From: a virus
Taxonomy: Duplodnaviria; Caudoviricetes
IMG/VR virus record: IMGVR_UViG_3300031992_000011
Direction: 5' to 3' (one strand)
Length of the DNA: 64,000 bases
The translations under genes were made by a program, and so were the position numbers. The notes beneath the pieces are model-generated. The model worked only from the letters and a program-made list of their open reading frames with translations. It was not told the origin of the DNA and did no database searches. Each line of letters opens with the position of its first letter. The first letter of the stretch is position 1. Below, piece after piece: positions 1-9,764 of the stretch.

Positions 1-236
1 AAAACTCTCTGAGTACCGGATTTGCCTTTCTGCTGAAGGAACACTATCACACTCTCCCCGACCTTCGGGTTGACGTGAAGATGTTTCGGGAGCATGGGGA
101 ACACGTATGGCAGCGATTCTATGGGTGCGTTGTCATCGTCGTATGCTGGTATCCTGACCCTTATCCTTCCCCCTCCGTCAGGGTCGAACGTGCTTAGTAC
201 CGGCAATATGTAGAAATTGGCGTTGTCACCTTTCAT
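1..236 (-). CDS. Baseplate spike/puncturing protein, gp5/gpV-like N-terminal OB fold (5' part; runs off the left edge)
   Basis: Manual translation, absent from the ORF track: MKGDNANFYILPVLSTFDPDGGGRIRVRIPAY...LPYVFPMLPKHLHVNPKVGESVIVFLQ. This matches the DP.G.GRIRVRIP...P.VGE.V.V.F signature of gp5/VgrG/gpV OB folds. Confidence 0.75.
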   Translation of the reverse strand, partial: MKGDNANFYILPVLSTFDPDGGGRIRVRIPAYDDDNAPIESLPYVFPMLPKHLHVNPKVGESVIVFLQQKGKSGTQRV

Positions 237-417
237 TTTTGTCGTCGTTTTTCTCCCTGCGTTTTATTTCGGCGTCTATCGCCGAGTATTTGTCGGCCGC
301 TTTTCCCATGCGTATGTATTGCTTGTACATCTCGGACTTTGCCTGTTCGAACTCGTTGTACATCTCCTCGGCCATCTTGTTCAGTTCTTCTGTCGTGTTG
401 TCTTTGTACTCGTTCAT
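226..417 (-). CDS. Small coiled-coil hypothetical protein (63 aa)
   Basis: Overlaps both neighbours in the operon; helical, charged composition. Confidence 0.7.
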   Translation of the reverse strand: MNEYKDNTTEELNKMAEEMYNEFEQAKSEMYKQYIRMGKAADKYSAIDAEIKRREKNDDKNER

Positions 418-809
418 TTGCCGATTCCCTTGAAACTCAGCGGCTGTATGTTGACGCCGCTGAACGTTATCGGACCTGTCGGTCCTGCTCCGGTCCCGGT
501 GACGCTTACACTTCCGGGTCCTGCGACCACGTCCACCGCAAGGTTGTCCTTTATCTCCTTCACCACCTCCTCGCTGATGATTCTGACAAATTTGTTGATG
601 ATGTTTGGAGAACCGTCCGGATTCACGCCGGTCGGAATGCCGGCCTCAGACAGACGTTTGATTATCGCTGTCGTTAGCGCCATTGCGGACAGGCCCGGAC
701 GCTCGCTCGCCTCGCATAAAAGAAGCAACGGCGGTATGGTCGGAAATGCCTTCCTGACGAATTTGAGTTTTCCGTTTACCGCGTTCGCTATTGTGTTTAT
801 CCATGCCAT
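414..809 (-). CDS. Hypothetical, probably structural, protein (131 aa)
   Basis: Co-oriented with the spike gene; Gly/Thr/Pro-rich C-terminus (VTGTGAGPTGP). Confidence 0.7.
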   Translation of the reverse strand: MAWINTIANAVNGKLKFVRKAFPTIPPLLLLCEASERPGLSAMALTTAIIKRLSEAGIPTGVNPDGSPNIINKFVRIISEEVVKEIKDNLAVDVVAGPGSVSVTGTGAGPTGPITFSGVNIQPLSFKGIGK

Positions 810-824
810 TCTGTTAGCGTATGT

Positions 825-3029
825 TTAGCAGTTATCTTCACGCGGAGACTCTTCTTCCGGCGTTATCGTGCCGCGGTAGATGTCGGCATAGTCCACATTG
901 TCCATGTCCCAGTCGTTGAGACCTCTGTTCCGGCTGAAACAGTCAATGCATCTCATGATGAGTCTGCGGTAGTATTCATATTGTTCCTCGGCGAAAAGTT
1001 TCGCCTCCTCGATGGCGAGCAGGTCGAGCAGTTCCTTGAGTTTGTTGAACAGTATGGATATCAGTTGGTCGCGGACTGTCCGTATCAGTGAAGTGATGAG
1101 GTTCCTGTATGACTTGATGTACTCGTCGATGCCTAACGGCGTGGCCATGCCTAGCACAGACATGTTGACTGCTATGAGCAAGTAGACTTTAGGCGACATC
1201 AGCGCCTGCACAATCACATTCGCGAGTTCGGTCAGTATGGTCTGTATGAATCCGAACTTTACCCCTCCGCTTAGGCGGACATGTTCTTCGCCTTCGCTGT
1301 ACATGTCATATGATATCTCACGCAGACTTCCTTCAATGACAGACTCGACATCCTCCTTTGACGTCCCGTCTGAAATCGCGTCAATTGCGGAAAGTATCTT
1401 GTACGGGTCTACCTTGGCGGCGCTTGTCGCGATGCTGTCCGCCGTGAAATATCCGGCATGCTCGAGTTCGGCCTTGTCCAGCATCGCCTGATACTCTTTG
1501 TTGGAGAACTTGAAGAAGCAGTCTGACACCACAACATCGTCCGACTCTATGACATCCTGCACGGTCTTTTTTATCATGTCGCGGACGACCCTCATCTCAA
1601 ACGACATGTCAAGATTCACGCTTATGCATCCGGTCAAAGCGTCAATCAGTTGGGCCACGACGACTTTTGAGTCGAACAATTTAAGCGAGGATATGTAATC
1701 ATAGTTGAATTCGACCAATGTCCGGTTTTTGTAGTGGTTGGATTTAATTGATCTATACGCATCTGTTCCGGCGTTTTGTATCGCTTGTGTCAGATTGTTT
1801 TTATTTTCGTCCAGTTCCGCCTGCTGTGCTTGTATATACTTCTGCTTTTCTTTTATTTCTTGGTCTATGCTGTCCTTCTGCTTCTTGGCGGCCTTTATGG
1901 ACTGTTTGCGCAAATCCTTGCCGTCAGAATCAATGTCCGCGTCGCTCTCTTTGATTTGCTCTTCCCATTTCGCTATTTCGCGCCCAAGCATCAGCGACCT
2001 CGCCTCAAGCTCAGCGAACTCGCCCTTCGCTTTTTGTATGTTGTCTTGGTTTGTGCGTATTCCATTCTCTATACCTTCTCTGTCATCGTCCGACTTAGGT
2101 TCGCAGTTCCCGAGAAGCACCTGTATTGCGTTGTTAAACGGAACCGGAGGGTCGATAGCGTAGCCTTCGGCGTTCCGCAGAGACGACCCGTTCTTCTGGT
2201 AGTCAAGGGTAATTATTCCTGCGTCCCTCGTGTCTCTTTTGTTCTCGTCATCGGACTGTGCGGCCTGTTCTTTTTGCACAATGTAGCTGGAGCGTCCCCA
2301 TACTGAGTCCCCGAATGTAGACTGTACAAGTTTCACGCCGCGCCAAGCGTGCCTTCTTGCCGCCCGATTCTTCATGAACCACAGGAATGCGTTGAAGTCG
2401 CCGGCGTTGACAAGGTCGTCAGGTTTCTCAAATCCGTCGCATCCGAAATAGTAGTATCTGCCGACATTGTGTTTGAAAAGATTGATGCTTCCGAGCCCGA
2501 ACATCTCACTGGCCATTTGTGAGAGCGGGTTTGACACTGAGGTTTCAATGCCGTTGAACGGCAACTCGGTGTCCGACATCATCTGTTCTGTCATCCCTGT
2601 CTGGTAATCGGCTATCTGTGACAGCGTCTTCATGTCTATCCTGATCCTGTCGTCGAGAGGGCACATTTCCAGTATCCCGAGCAGGTCTATCTCGTTGATC
2701 GGGAACACGACGCCGTTACGGAGTAAATCATCCGGGATGAGTGGGTTCAGTGAGCAAGTGAGGAGGTTTCTGATGTTCGACAGAAGAAGCGCCTTTACCG
2801 AAATCTCTATCGCCGGTATCGCTGTCGCTATCATAGAGCCGACATACTTTAATAAAATGTCATATCCGGCGGTCTGTTTGAACAGGTCCACGATGAATTC
2901 CAACGGGTTGGAACTCATGTTTACGGACACACCGACATTGTCCGCATCAAGATCAGGGAACCTGTTCAGCATCGTTTGTGCCGCGTCTATCGTTCCGAAC
3001 ACCTCACTTTTTATCCTCTGAAAGTTCAT
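825..3029 (-). CDS. Large hypothetical protein with central coiled coil (734 aa)
   Basis: Long uninterrupted ORF with a coiled-coil-like central segment, in the TATTTA-driven operon that ends in the spike gene. Confidence 0.8.
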   Translation of the reverse strand: MNFQRIKSEVFGTIDAAQTMLNRFPDLDADNVGVSVNMSSNPLEFIVDLFKQTAGYDILLKYVGSMIATAIPAIEISVKALLLSNIRNLLTCSLNPLIPDDLLRNGVVFPINEIDLLGILEMCPLDDRIRIDMKTLSQIADYQTGMTEQMMSDTELPFNGIETSVSNPLSQMASEMFGLGSINLFKHNVGRYYYFGCDGFEKPDDLVNAGDFNAFLWFMKNRAARRHAWRGVKLVQSTFGDSVWGRSSYIVQKEQAAQSDDENKRDTRDAGIITLDYQKNGSSLRNAEGYAIDPPVPFNNAIQVLLGNCEPKSDDDREGIENGIRTNQDNIQKAKGEFAELEARSLMLGREIAKWEEQIKESDADIDSDGKDLRKQSIKAAKKQKDSIDQEIKEKQKYIQAQQAELDENKNNLTQAIQNAGTDAYRSIKSNHYKNRTLVEFNYDYISSLKLFDSKVVVAQLIDALTGCISVNLDMSFEMRVVRDMIKKTVQDVIESDDVVVSDCFFKFSNKEYQAMLDKAELEHAGYFTADSIATSAAKVDPYKILSAIDAISDGTSKEDVESVIEGSLREISYDMYSEGEEHVRLSGGVKFGFIQTILTELANVIVQALMSPKVYLLIAVNMSVLGMATPLGIDEYIKSYRNLITSLIRTVRDQLISILFNKLKELLDLLAIEEAKLFAEEQYEYYRRLIMRCIDCFSRNRGLNDWDMDNVDYADIYRGTITPEEESPREDNC

Positions 3030-3034
3030 CGTCT

Positions 3035-3430
3035 TTACATCTTGTATTCTCTGACAGTCTCGTTCTTGCTTTCAGCGGCCATCTTGTCTGCTTTTGCGAT
3101 GAAATCGTCCCAGTCGCCTATCTGTTCGCTCTCCTCGAACGTGCGCTTGATGTTCCCGTTGAATTTGATCAGTTCCGTAAGCAGTTTCGCCACCTCCATC
3201 TTGCGCCCGATGGCCTTGTCCTTGCTCGTGATGAAGTCGTTTATCGCTTTTGCGTATTTGGATTTCGAATCCATGCCTTCTTCGGACAGTACCGTCGAGT
3301 TCGCCAGCTTGTTGATCTCATCCTGAACCTGCTTGATGTTCTGGCACGCCTCGTCATATAGTTCTTGCAGAAGTCTCTGAAGGTTGTCTGACGAGTCTAT
3401 CTTGACTTTGTATTTCTTTAATGGTACCAT
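3035..3430 (-). CDS. Helical hypothetical protein (131 aa)
   Basis: ORF directly downstream of the TATTTA motif at 3449-3454. Confidence 0.75.
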   Translation of the reverse strand: MVPLKKYKVKIDSSDNLQRLLQELYDEACQNIKQVQDEINKLANSTVLSEEGMDSKSKYAKAINDFITSKDKAIGRKMEVAKLLTELIKFNGNIKRTFEESEQIGDWDDFIAKADKMAAESKNETVREYKM

Positions 3431-3461
3431 TGCTGTTGTGTCTTCCGGTAAATATCCGGAA

Positions 3462-4250
3462 TCAGTTTTCCATCAGTATCTCCTTGGTCACCAAATAGAC
3501 GTCCTTGTACCTTTTCATCGCCGCCCTTACTTCCTTCGGGTTCAGCATCGTGTATTCCGATATGAAGTATTGCGCGGACGTCTTGTTGAACTTCCTTGAC
3601 TCTATCCTCGTGAACAGGTCGTCCCAGTTGGTGAGCATCTCTATGAGCGCATACCCAACCTTTTCCTCGTTCTCGGTGAGTTCGAGCTCGTCAGCACGAA
3701 GCAGCATGTCCTTGATGTTCTCCACTGTGGCGTCGATGACTTCGTTGTAGAACGGAAGTGAGCTTTCCTCTTCTGTGCGGTTGTCCCCCTTTGTGCCGAA
3801 TTCATCCTCGTACGACACTGTCCGCTCCGTGTGCTTCATGTCCTGTGTCCTCTTGAGCAGAAGGTATCTCTTGCACACCGTGCCGCAGTATGAGTACGCC
3901 TTGTACCCCTTTGTCGTGTCGAAGTTGTTGACCTTGGTTATGAGGAACGACATCGTGTCATTGAAAGTGTCGTCGTATTCTTCTGACGGTGTGAACAGCT
4001 TGTACCTCCGCATGATGCTCTCTATCATCTTCGTGAACGCGGGATAGAGTTTCTCGCGGAACACGCGGTTGCGGAAGTTCTGGTCGTCGCTCTTGATGTA
4101 CTGCCTGAACGCCTCCTCTTCCTCTTCGTAAAAATATCCGGTCCTTTTGTCCGGATTCGGTTTGCGCCCGCGTTTCTTTTTTACAGCGGGCGCATGTTCC
4201 GTTTCCGTGTTTCCTTGTATGGCCGTGGTGTTCAATGTCTCATCTTCCAC
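3462..4250 (-). CDS. Phage sigma-factor-like protein (candidate late sigma, gp55-like)
   Basis: Sigma region-2-like segment SFLITKVNNFDTTKGYKAYSYCGTVCKRYL; basic N-terminal KKKRGRKP. Confidence 0.6.
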   Translation of the reverse strand: MEDETLNTTAIQGNTETEHAPAVKKKRGRKPNPDKRTGYFYEEEEEAFRQYIKSDDQNFRNRVFREKLYPAFTKMIESIMRRYKLFTPSEEYDDTFNDTMSFLITKVNNFDTTKGYKAYSYCGTVCKRYLLLKRTQDMKHTERTVSYEDEFGTKGDNRTEEESSLPFYNEVIDATVENIKDMLLRADELELTENEEKVGYALIEMLTNWDDLFTRIESRKFNKTSAQYFISEYTMLNPKEVRAAMKRYKDVYLVTKEILMEN

Positions 4251-4254
4251 CGTC

Positions 4255-5082
4255 TCAACTAAGGGTTTCGTCGTGGAGTGTGTCGATACCGTTTCCGCGG
4301 TCTTCCTTGTACTTGCACTCCTTATATGCGAGGTTGAACCATTTCTCGATATCGGCCTCGGTGTATCTCCGGTTGTATTCGTCCGTTAGGCTGCCCGTCC
4401 TGGCGACTGTGTGCTTGTATCCCTCCTTTGGCGCCACCATCGCCTTCATCCCGTTCTCTGTGAGTCTGAGCAGGAACTCGAAATTGAAAGCGACCTCGAT
4501 GGACGGTTTGAATCCTCCGACCATAATAAAGTCGGCGGTGTTTATCACCGCGCCGGTGAGATTGAACACGGCCATGCCCTCAAGACGGTGCCTGTTGATG
4601 ACCCCGACAGGGTCTGTGTCGTTCTCGTTTGTCGTGATGAACATCGGCGTCAGCGCCATTGTGTTCCCGTATGACCAGTTCTCGCCTTTCTCGTCATGGT
4701 AAAGGTTGACAGGGATGATGACACTCATCGTCTCGTTGCCGACCGAATAGTCGTGCGCCATGTTCAGCCATTTCGGTGTGTATTCGTCGTCGAATTCGAT
4801 GACGGAGAAGTGTTCCGTCTTCACCTCTTCGGCGGCGCGGTTGATTTGACTGCAGTAGTCCGCCGCCCCGTTGTTCTGTACGATTTTTACGCCGCGTTCA
4901 TCCATGAGCGCTTTGAAGTCACCGTTTTCGCAGACATCGGCCGTCGCTACCGCCATCAGCGTGACCTTCCCGTGTTTGTAGTTCTTCACGGCGGCGTCGA
5001 CTGACTTGTACATGTTCTCCGACATCTTGCGGATTTCGTCGTCAAACTTGTGGTATGGTGTGACAATGGTTAAATCTTTCAT
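4255..5082 (-). CDS. Glycosyltransferase, GT-A/GT2-like
   Basis: N-terminal LTIVTPYH, acidic EFDDE (DxD-like) motif, and GGFKPSI...FEFLLRL typical of GT2. Confidence 0.65.
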   Translation of the reverse strand: MKDLTIVTPYHKFDDEIRKMSENMYKSVDAAVKNYKHGKVTLMAVATADVCENGDFKALMDERGVKIVQNNGAADYCSQINRAAEEVKTEHFSVIEFDDEYTPKWLNMAHDYSVGNETMSVIIPVNLYHDEKGENWSYGNTMALTPMFITTNENDTDPVGVINRHRLEGMAVFNLTGAVINTADFIMVGGFKPSIEVAFNFEFLLRLTENGMKAMVAPKEGYKHTVARTGSLTDEYNRRYTEADIEKWFNLAYKECKYKEDRGNGIDTLHDETLS

Positions 5083-6251
5083 TTCTTGTTATCGTCTTCT
5101 TTTGGGGCGTTATTCTCGACTGTCTCCTTGACCGACTCTATCTCCGTGATGCGGTCCTTGAGGATTGACTCGAACATGTGCAGTGTCTCCTTCTCAAACT
5201 CGGCGTATGTGTATTTCTTCGCCGTCTTGTCCATCTCTTCGTACAGCAATTCAGGCACCTCGTCGCGCATCCACGAACCGACAACTTTCGCCAGCACGTC
5301 AGGCACGTCGTTGATGTTGTTGTACCATATCCCGTTGTCGAGTATCGTGTTGTTGTCGCCCATCCATTCCGGTATGATCTCGGGCAGTTTCCCTATCACG
5401 ATGTTCCCGCACTTTATGGCGTCCACGGCACTGCGGCCGAATGGAGTCTCAGGGTCGTGCCATATCGTGATGCATCCCTCCTTGAGCAACTCCGCATACT
5501 TGTCGGCCGGCATGTTCCTAAGTGCGCGGAAGGTGACAAACTGCATGAGCGGGTATTTCCAGTAGAATGTCTTGATGATGTGCTCTGCGTCCGAATTCGT
5601 CGCCGCTATGTTGACAATCAGGTTTTTCGCCTTTATCGGTTTTGACAGCGTTGACGGGAAATACGGGTTCAGTTTCCTCGTCCTCACGTACGGGAACACG
5701 CCGTTTAGCAGTCTCGCCTGTGTGTCTGTGGAGACGATGGCGTCGGTTATGCCGTAGCTCGCCCACTGGTCGCCGTATGGTATGAATTCGGTGACATACT
5801 TGAAATTCTGAAGTATGGCGTATCTTTTGCACGGAAGTTTTTTGTCGAACGTCTCCTTCATCAGCGACGTGAACACTTCGGGGATGAACAGGAAGTCGGA
5901 CGGGCCGACAGTCCACTGTCCGGAGGATATGTTCATGTGCGGTATGGATGAATAGCTGTCGCCAAGCCATTCTCCGACACCGACGAACATTCTCATCTCG
6001 TCGAGAGGTTTACCTTTCTTGTGCAGTTTCTTCAACTCGTGCTCGCTGTACTCGTTGACTATCTGATAAAGCATCGTCACGTTGTATCCGTTCTGATGCA
6101 GCGTCCTTGCGATGTCGTACACGTACAGCATGTTGCTGTTAGGCACATTTTTGCAGTCTGTCACGAAAAAGAACAGCCGTGACTCCTTCTTGTCTATCGC
6201 CTCTATCGTTTGGTTTATCCTGTTGAGGATTGTTTCGGTCTTGTCGTTCAT
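5079..6251 (-). CDS. Glycosyltransferase, GT-B-like
   Basis: YDIARTLHQNGYNVTML, DFLFIPE, and ETPFGRSAVDAIKCGNIVIG resembling the E.FG....EA..CG GT-B signature. Confidence 0.6.
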   Translation of the reverse strand: MNDKTETILNRINQTIEAIDKKESRLFFFVTDCKNVPNSNMLYVYDIARTLHQNGYNVTMLYQIVNEYSEHELKKLHKKGKPLDEMRMFVGVGEWLGDSYSSIPHMNISSGQWTVGPSDFLFIPEVFTSLMKETFDKKLPCKRYAILQNFKYVTEFIPYGDQWASYGITDAIVSTDTQARLLNGVFPYVRTRKLNPYFPSTLSKPIKAKNLIVNIAATNSDAEHIIKTFYWKYPLMQFVTFRALRNMPADKYAELLKEGCITIWHDPETPFGRSAVDAIKCGNIVIGKLPEIIPEWMGDNNTILDNGIWYNNINDVPDVLAKVVGSWMRDEVPELLYEEMDKTAKKYTYAEFEKETLHMFESILKDRITEIESVKETVENNAPKEDDNKK

Positions 6252-6607
6252 TTTGTGTCGTTTGGATCGTGTATCTTGATTATGCCCATGTCAACAAGTG
6301 TGTTGATAGCCAGTATCTGTCCGAATGGCATTTCGTCCCATGTCTTTCGGTCTTCGCTGAGAGGGCGGAGCGCGCACTCTAATATCATCTTTATGGAGTC
6401 ATACTTGAGTCCCTGCACGGTGTCATTGCCGTTGTACTTTGTCTCGACTATCTCCTTTGACAGCATTGATATCTCGTCGTCCCCAGGTTCGAGCCCGTAT
6501 GTCTGCGATACGGTGGTGTTTGACGTCACATCATTCCTTCCGACTGAAGAGAATATCTTTGCGTAGGCATTCCAGTTTATGATGTATTCCTTGCCGTTGA
6601 ATGTCAT
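6248..6607 (-). CDS. Hypothetical protein (119 aa)
   Basis: ORF in operon, 4-nt overlap with the downstream gene. Confidence 0.7.
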   Translation of the reverse strand: MTFNGKEYIINWNAYAKIFSSVGRNDVTSNTTVSQTYGLEPGDDEISMLSKEIVETKYNGNDTVQGLKYDSIKMILECALRPLSEDRKTWDEMPFGQILAINTLVDMGIIKIHDPNDTK

Positions 6608-6629
6608 TATGCTCTTGTCTTTTTTGCGC

Positions 6630-7238
6630 TTATTCTTCGAGAAGTTTCTCTATTGTCCTGTCCGGGTCGTCTATGACGGCGGCCATGCTGTCAAACGAGT
6701 GGTCGGCCGCAGAACCGGCATTGTAAGGCATGTTGATTTTCACGGACACTTTCCCGTCCGGTTTCGCGTCGAGGACTGTCGGGTTCGCTGTGATGACAAT
6801 GTCGCATCGCTTCCATATGTCGGCCGAGTTGACAGGGAACCATATCTCCCTCATCCTGCACATGTTCGCCGACAAGTACGACAATGTCGACTGTATCGTG
6901 AGATTGGCCTCGAGAGGACTGTACAGTATGAATTCAGGAGCGTTGTCCTTCTCGACAGCGTTAATGAGGTCTCTGCCCGTCCACATGTTGAACTTGGCGT
7001 TCAACCCTTTTGAGCACTCGTCCGCCCTTGCGTGCAGCTCGAACGGGTAGTCGATGTACCTGAAATTTGTGTATTCGTCACGGTTCTTGAACGGGAACGA
7101 CTTGCTGAAGTCCGCGTCGGTGATGTCTTCTGTTTTCAGTTCTGCGGCCGGATCGATGAATTTCCGGTAAACGTAAATGAACTGCTCCGTGTATGCCCGG
7201 AGCACGTCATTGAGCTCTATGCCTATCTTCTTTCCCAT
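6630..7238 (-). CDS. HAD-fold 5'-nucleotidase-like protein with degenerate catalytic motifs
   Basis: KIGIELNDVLR resembles HAD motif I with E in place of D; CDIVITANP and INMPYN resemble NT5C-type C-terminal motifs. Confidence 0.5.
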   Translation of the reverse strand: MGKKIGIELNDVLRAYTEQFIYVYRKFIDPAAELKTEDITDADFSKSFPFKNRDEYTNFRYIDYPFELHARADECSKGLNAKFNMWTGRDLINAVEKDNAPEFILYSPLEANLTIQSTLSYLSANMCRMREIWFPVNSADIWKRCDIVITANPTVLDAKPDGKVSVKINMPYNAGSAADHSFDSMAAVIDDPDRTIEKLLEE

Positions 7239-7242
7239 GCAA

Positions 7243-7656
7243 TCAGTCAATATGTGGAGTTATTTCATTTCCGTCTTTGTCGAAGAACACGACCCTCGGG
7301 TATGCGTGGTCAAGATTCAGTTTCTCTCCGCATGAAGGGCACTCATAGCGTCCGATACGCTCATTGAGCGCGTGGTTCATGATTACGGGGACTTGTGACA
7401 CTATCTCGCTTCCGCATGAAGGGCAGTATGCCTTCCGTAGTTTCACGGTCAGTTCGCTGTCTCTGACGTCAAGTTTGTCCTCGGTGAACTTTCTGTACTC
7501 CATATGGAATCTTCTGAATGCGACTTCTATGTCGTTCGGGTCGTTCCTCATCTGCTCAACCATACGGTCGGTTTCCTCGTCTCCGGTGTTCGGTTCGGTG
7601 AACGGGTTTTGCTCGACGTCGTTCATGTACATTGATAGTATGCTTTTCTTGTCCAT
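7243..7656 (-). CDS. Zinc-ribbon protein
   Basis: Two CPSCG motifs. Confidence 0.7.
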   Translation of the reverse strand: MDKKSILSMYMNDVEQNPFTEPNTGDEETDRMVEQMRNDPNDIEVAFRRFHMEYRKFTEDKLDVRDSELTVKLRKAYCPSCGSEIVSQVPVIMNHALNERIGRYECPSCGEKLNLDHAYPRVVFFDKDGNEITPHID

Positions 7657-7702
7657 GTGATATTGTGTATATTATTAAAATGTGTTAACAAACGTAAAAA
7701 AG

Positions 7703-8224
7703 TCAACTGAACTTTATCGTCTTTTTCGTTTTTCCGCCATCCGTCCAGTTTGAATAGACAAACGACACGGGTTCTATGAGCACGAGCGGCGTGAGCATGT
7801 CTATCAGATGCCTCTTTGACGCCCCTTTGTTGAGATAGGCGACGGTCATGTGCGGATGGTATTCCTTGAATTCGCTGTGTGACGGATAGACTGACAGTAT
7901 CTCACTGTTCGACGCGTGGAGTATGTCGCTGGCCACGTCGCACTTGAGCACGTCATAAAGTTCATTGTCGAATATTGAGACATTGGTGAGCATTGCCCTG
8001 TAATCATGCAGCGGCCTTAGCATCTTGAAAAGTTTGCCGGTGTCCGTGTCGTTGTCAAGGCACGCGGCCAGCGTGACATGCGGCATTAGTTCAAGTCCGA
8101 AGTCGTCCGGACGCTCCGGATCTCCGTAAAGCTCACTCTTGTCGATGCTTTCCTGTATTTCCCTTATGATGTCCGGTACACCGTATTCCACCATCAGGAA
8201 TGCGTATTTCTTATCTTCTGCCAT
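7703..8224 (-). CDS. 2H phosphodiesterase, Acb1/gp57B-like (candidate anti-CBASS)
   Basis: Two HxT motifs, PHVTLA and YHPHMTVAYL, with FDNELYDVLK between them. Start taken at MAEDKK. Confidence 0.7.
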   Translation of the reverse strand: MAEDKKYAFLMVEYGVPDIIREIQESIDKSELYGDPERPDDFGLELMPHVTLAACLDNDTDTGKLFKMLRPLHDYRAMLTNVSIFDNELYDVLKCDVASDILHASNSEILSVYPSHSEFKEYHPHMTVAYLNKGASKRHLIDMLTPLVLIEPVSFVYSNWTDGGKTKKTIKFS

Positions 8225-9309
8225 TCTTGTAACCCTTCGTTCAGTTTGTTCATCATGCACTTGTTGCACAGCACATGTCCGTATGTCTCCTTTGAAATCT
8301 GCATGTCGTAGTATTCGGCAAGACCTTCTGTCTCGCCGACATCCGCGGCGTCGATTTCCGCAGTGTCATACCTTACGACCTTGCCGCATTCCTCGCAGAC
8401 ATATTCCTTCACAGGCTCATTGCCGGTGATGTCGACAATATGCTCCCGTTTCTCCTTGTTTTTGTATTTGTCTGTCACCGATTTCTCATAGAACTCGTCC
8501 ATCATGTCCTTCGCGTCGACAACGACGCCGGCGCGCATCCGTATCACATAGTTCCCGTCATACTCGTCAATGGACATCAGCATCGGGTTGCGCAAGCGGA
8601 ACACTATCAGGTCGTCCATTCCCCACGCGTTTGACGTGATGAATGAGATTCCGCTGATGTCAAAGATGTCATTGTACCGGTCTGTCTCGGTCGCGGCCTT
8701 CTTTATCTCGCTGACGAAACCCTTTGAGACGTACACATACTCGTCCGGATACTTGCTCACGTACATGTCGACGTACATTGCCGTGCTGATGTCGTCGTTG
8801 TCCTTGCGCATCACGACAATCTTCTTCACGAAATCCTCAAGACGGTACCTCGGCGTGAAGTTTCCGTCACGCTGGATATCAATCCAGTGCCGCGTGCGAT
8901 CGCCGCGTCCGCCAACCTGCTTGAGTCCGTCGGACACGTTCTCTATTACTGCATTGTTCTCTTGTATGGTCACGACGCTGTACCCGTCCCGCTCGAGTAT
9001 CTTCGGCATCTTTTTCTCTGTGTTGCCTCTTCGTTTTGACATGTATGGGGAGAAATAGACGTATTTTTTTGCCTCGCGGTCGACGAGGTATGTCCTGTAT
9101 CTGAGTTCGCGCACCTGCTGTGTCTCTTTTCCCGCGAGAAGGTCTTTTGACACCCTGTTCTCGTGCTGTTCCTCGTTTATCGTGATGTTGTTTCCACCGT
9201 ATTCGCCGCTGTAGGTGCGGAACATCTCATCATCGGCATTTTTGGCGCCCCGCGCAATCTGCGACATCAGTGTCACACACATGCGTTTCAACTTCTTTAG
9301 TAGTTTCAT
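8194..9309 (-). CDS. Hypothetical protein with C-terminal zinc finger (371 aa)
   Basis: CEECG ... LCNKC. Confidence 0.75.
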   Translation of the reverse strand: MKLLKKLKRMCVTLMSQIARGAKNADDEMFRTYSGEYGGNNITINEEQHENRVSKDLLAGKETQQVRELRYRTYLVDREAKKYVYFSPYMSKRRGNTEKKMPKILERDGYSVVTIQENNAVIENVSDGLKQVGGRGDRTRHWIDIQRDGNFTPRYRLEDFVKKIVVMRKDNDDISTAMYVDMYVSKYPDEYVYVSKGFVSEIKKAATETDRYNDIFDISGISFITSNAWGMDDLIVFRLRNPMLMSIDEYDGNYVIRMRAGVVVDAKDMMDEFYEKSVTDKYKNKEKREHIVDITGNEPVKEYVCEECGKVVRYDTAEIDAADVGETEGLAEYYDMQISKETYGHVLCNKCMMNKLNEGLQEWQKIRNTHS

Positions 9310-9547
9310 TCTTGTCGTCTTCGATAAATTTCTTTGTCCTCTTGTACAACTCTTCGTCGAGTTTGTTGATGAATCCGAAATACATCATGTATTCGTCGTT
9401 CACACGTTTGTCGTTCTGATTCACGCTCTTCTGTCTGAACAGTATGTGACATCGTCTGTCGCACATGTTGTACAGACTGTCCAGTTCTGCCAATGTCAAT
9501 TGTGATAGTGCCATATGTGCTATGATGTGTTTTTTTGCTGTCGCCAC
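9230..9547 (-). CDS. Hypothetical protein (GTG start)
   Basis: First ORF after the promoter at 9561-9590; overlaps the next gene by 80 nt. Confidence 0.55.
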   Translation of the reverse strand: MATAKKHIIAHMALSQLTLAELDSLYNMCDRRCHILFRQKSVNQNDKRVNDEYMMYFGFINKLDEELYKRTKKFIEDDKNETTKEVETHVCDTDVADCAGRQKCR

Positions 9548-9698
9548 AATCTTTATCTGAAATATGCGGGTTTAGGTGGACATTTTTCAACTCTGTCGCT
9601 GTCCGAACACCGAGTCATGTGGTGTAATTAGACAAAAAAGCGGTGTGAACGAATGCTCCGTTCGCGATATTAGACAATATCTGTCCATGTCCGCGAAC

Positions 9699-9738
9699 AA
9701 AAAAAGCGGCAGCCACTTTCCATAGACGTGGCCGCCGC
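9699..9738 (-). terminator. Intrinsic terminator after dUTPase
   Basis: GCGGCGGCCAC-N11-GTGGCTGCCGC followed by T7. Confidence 0.8.
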
Positions 9739-9764
9739 AGCAATAAAACAGAAAAATATAATTA

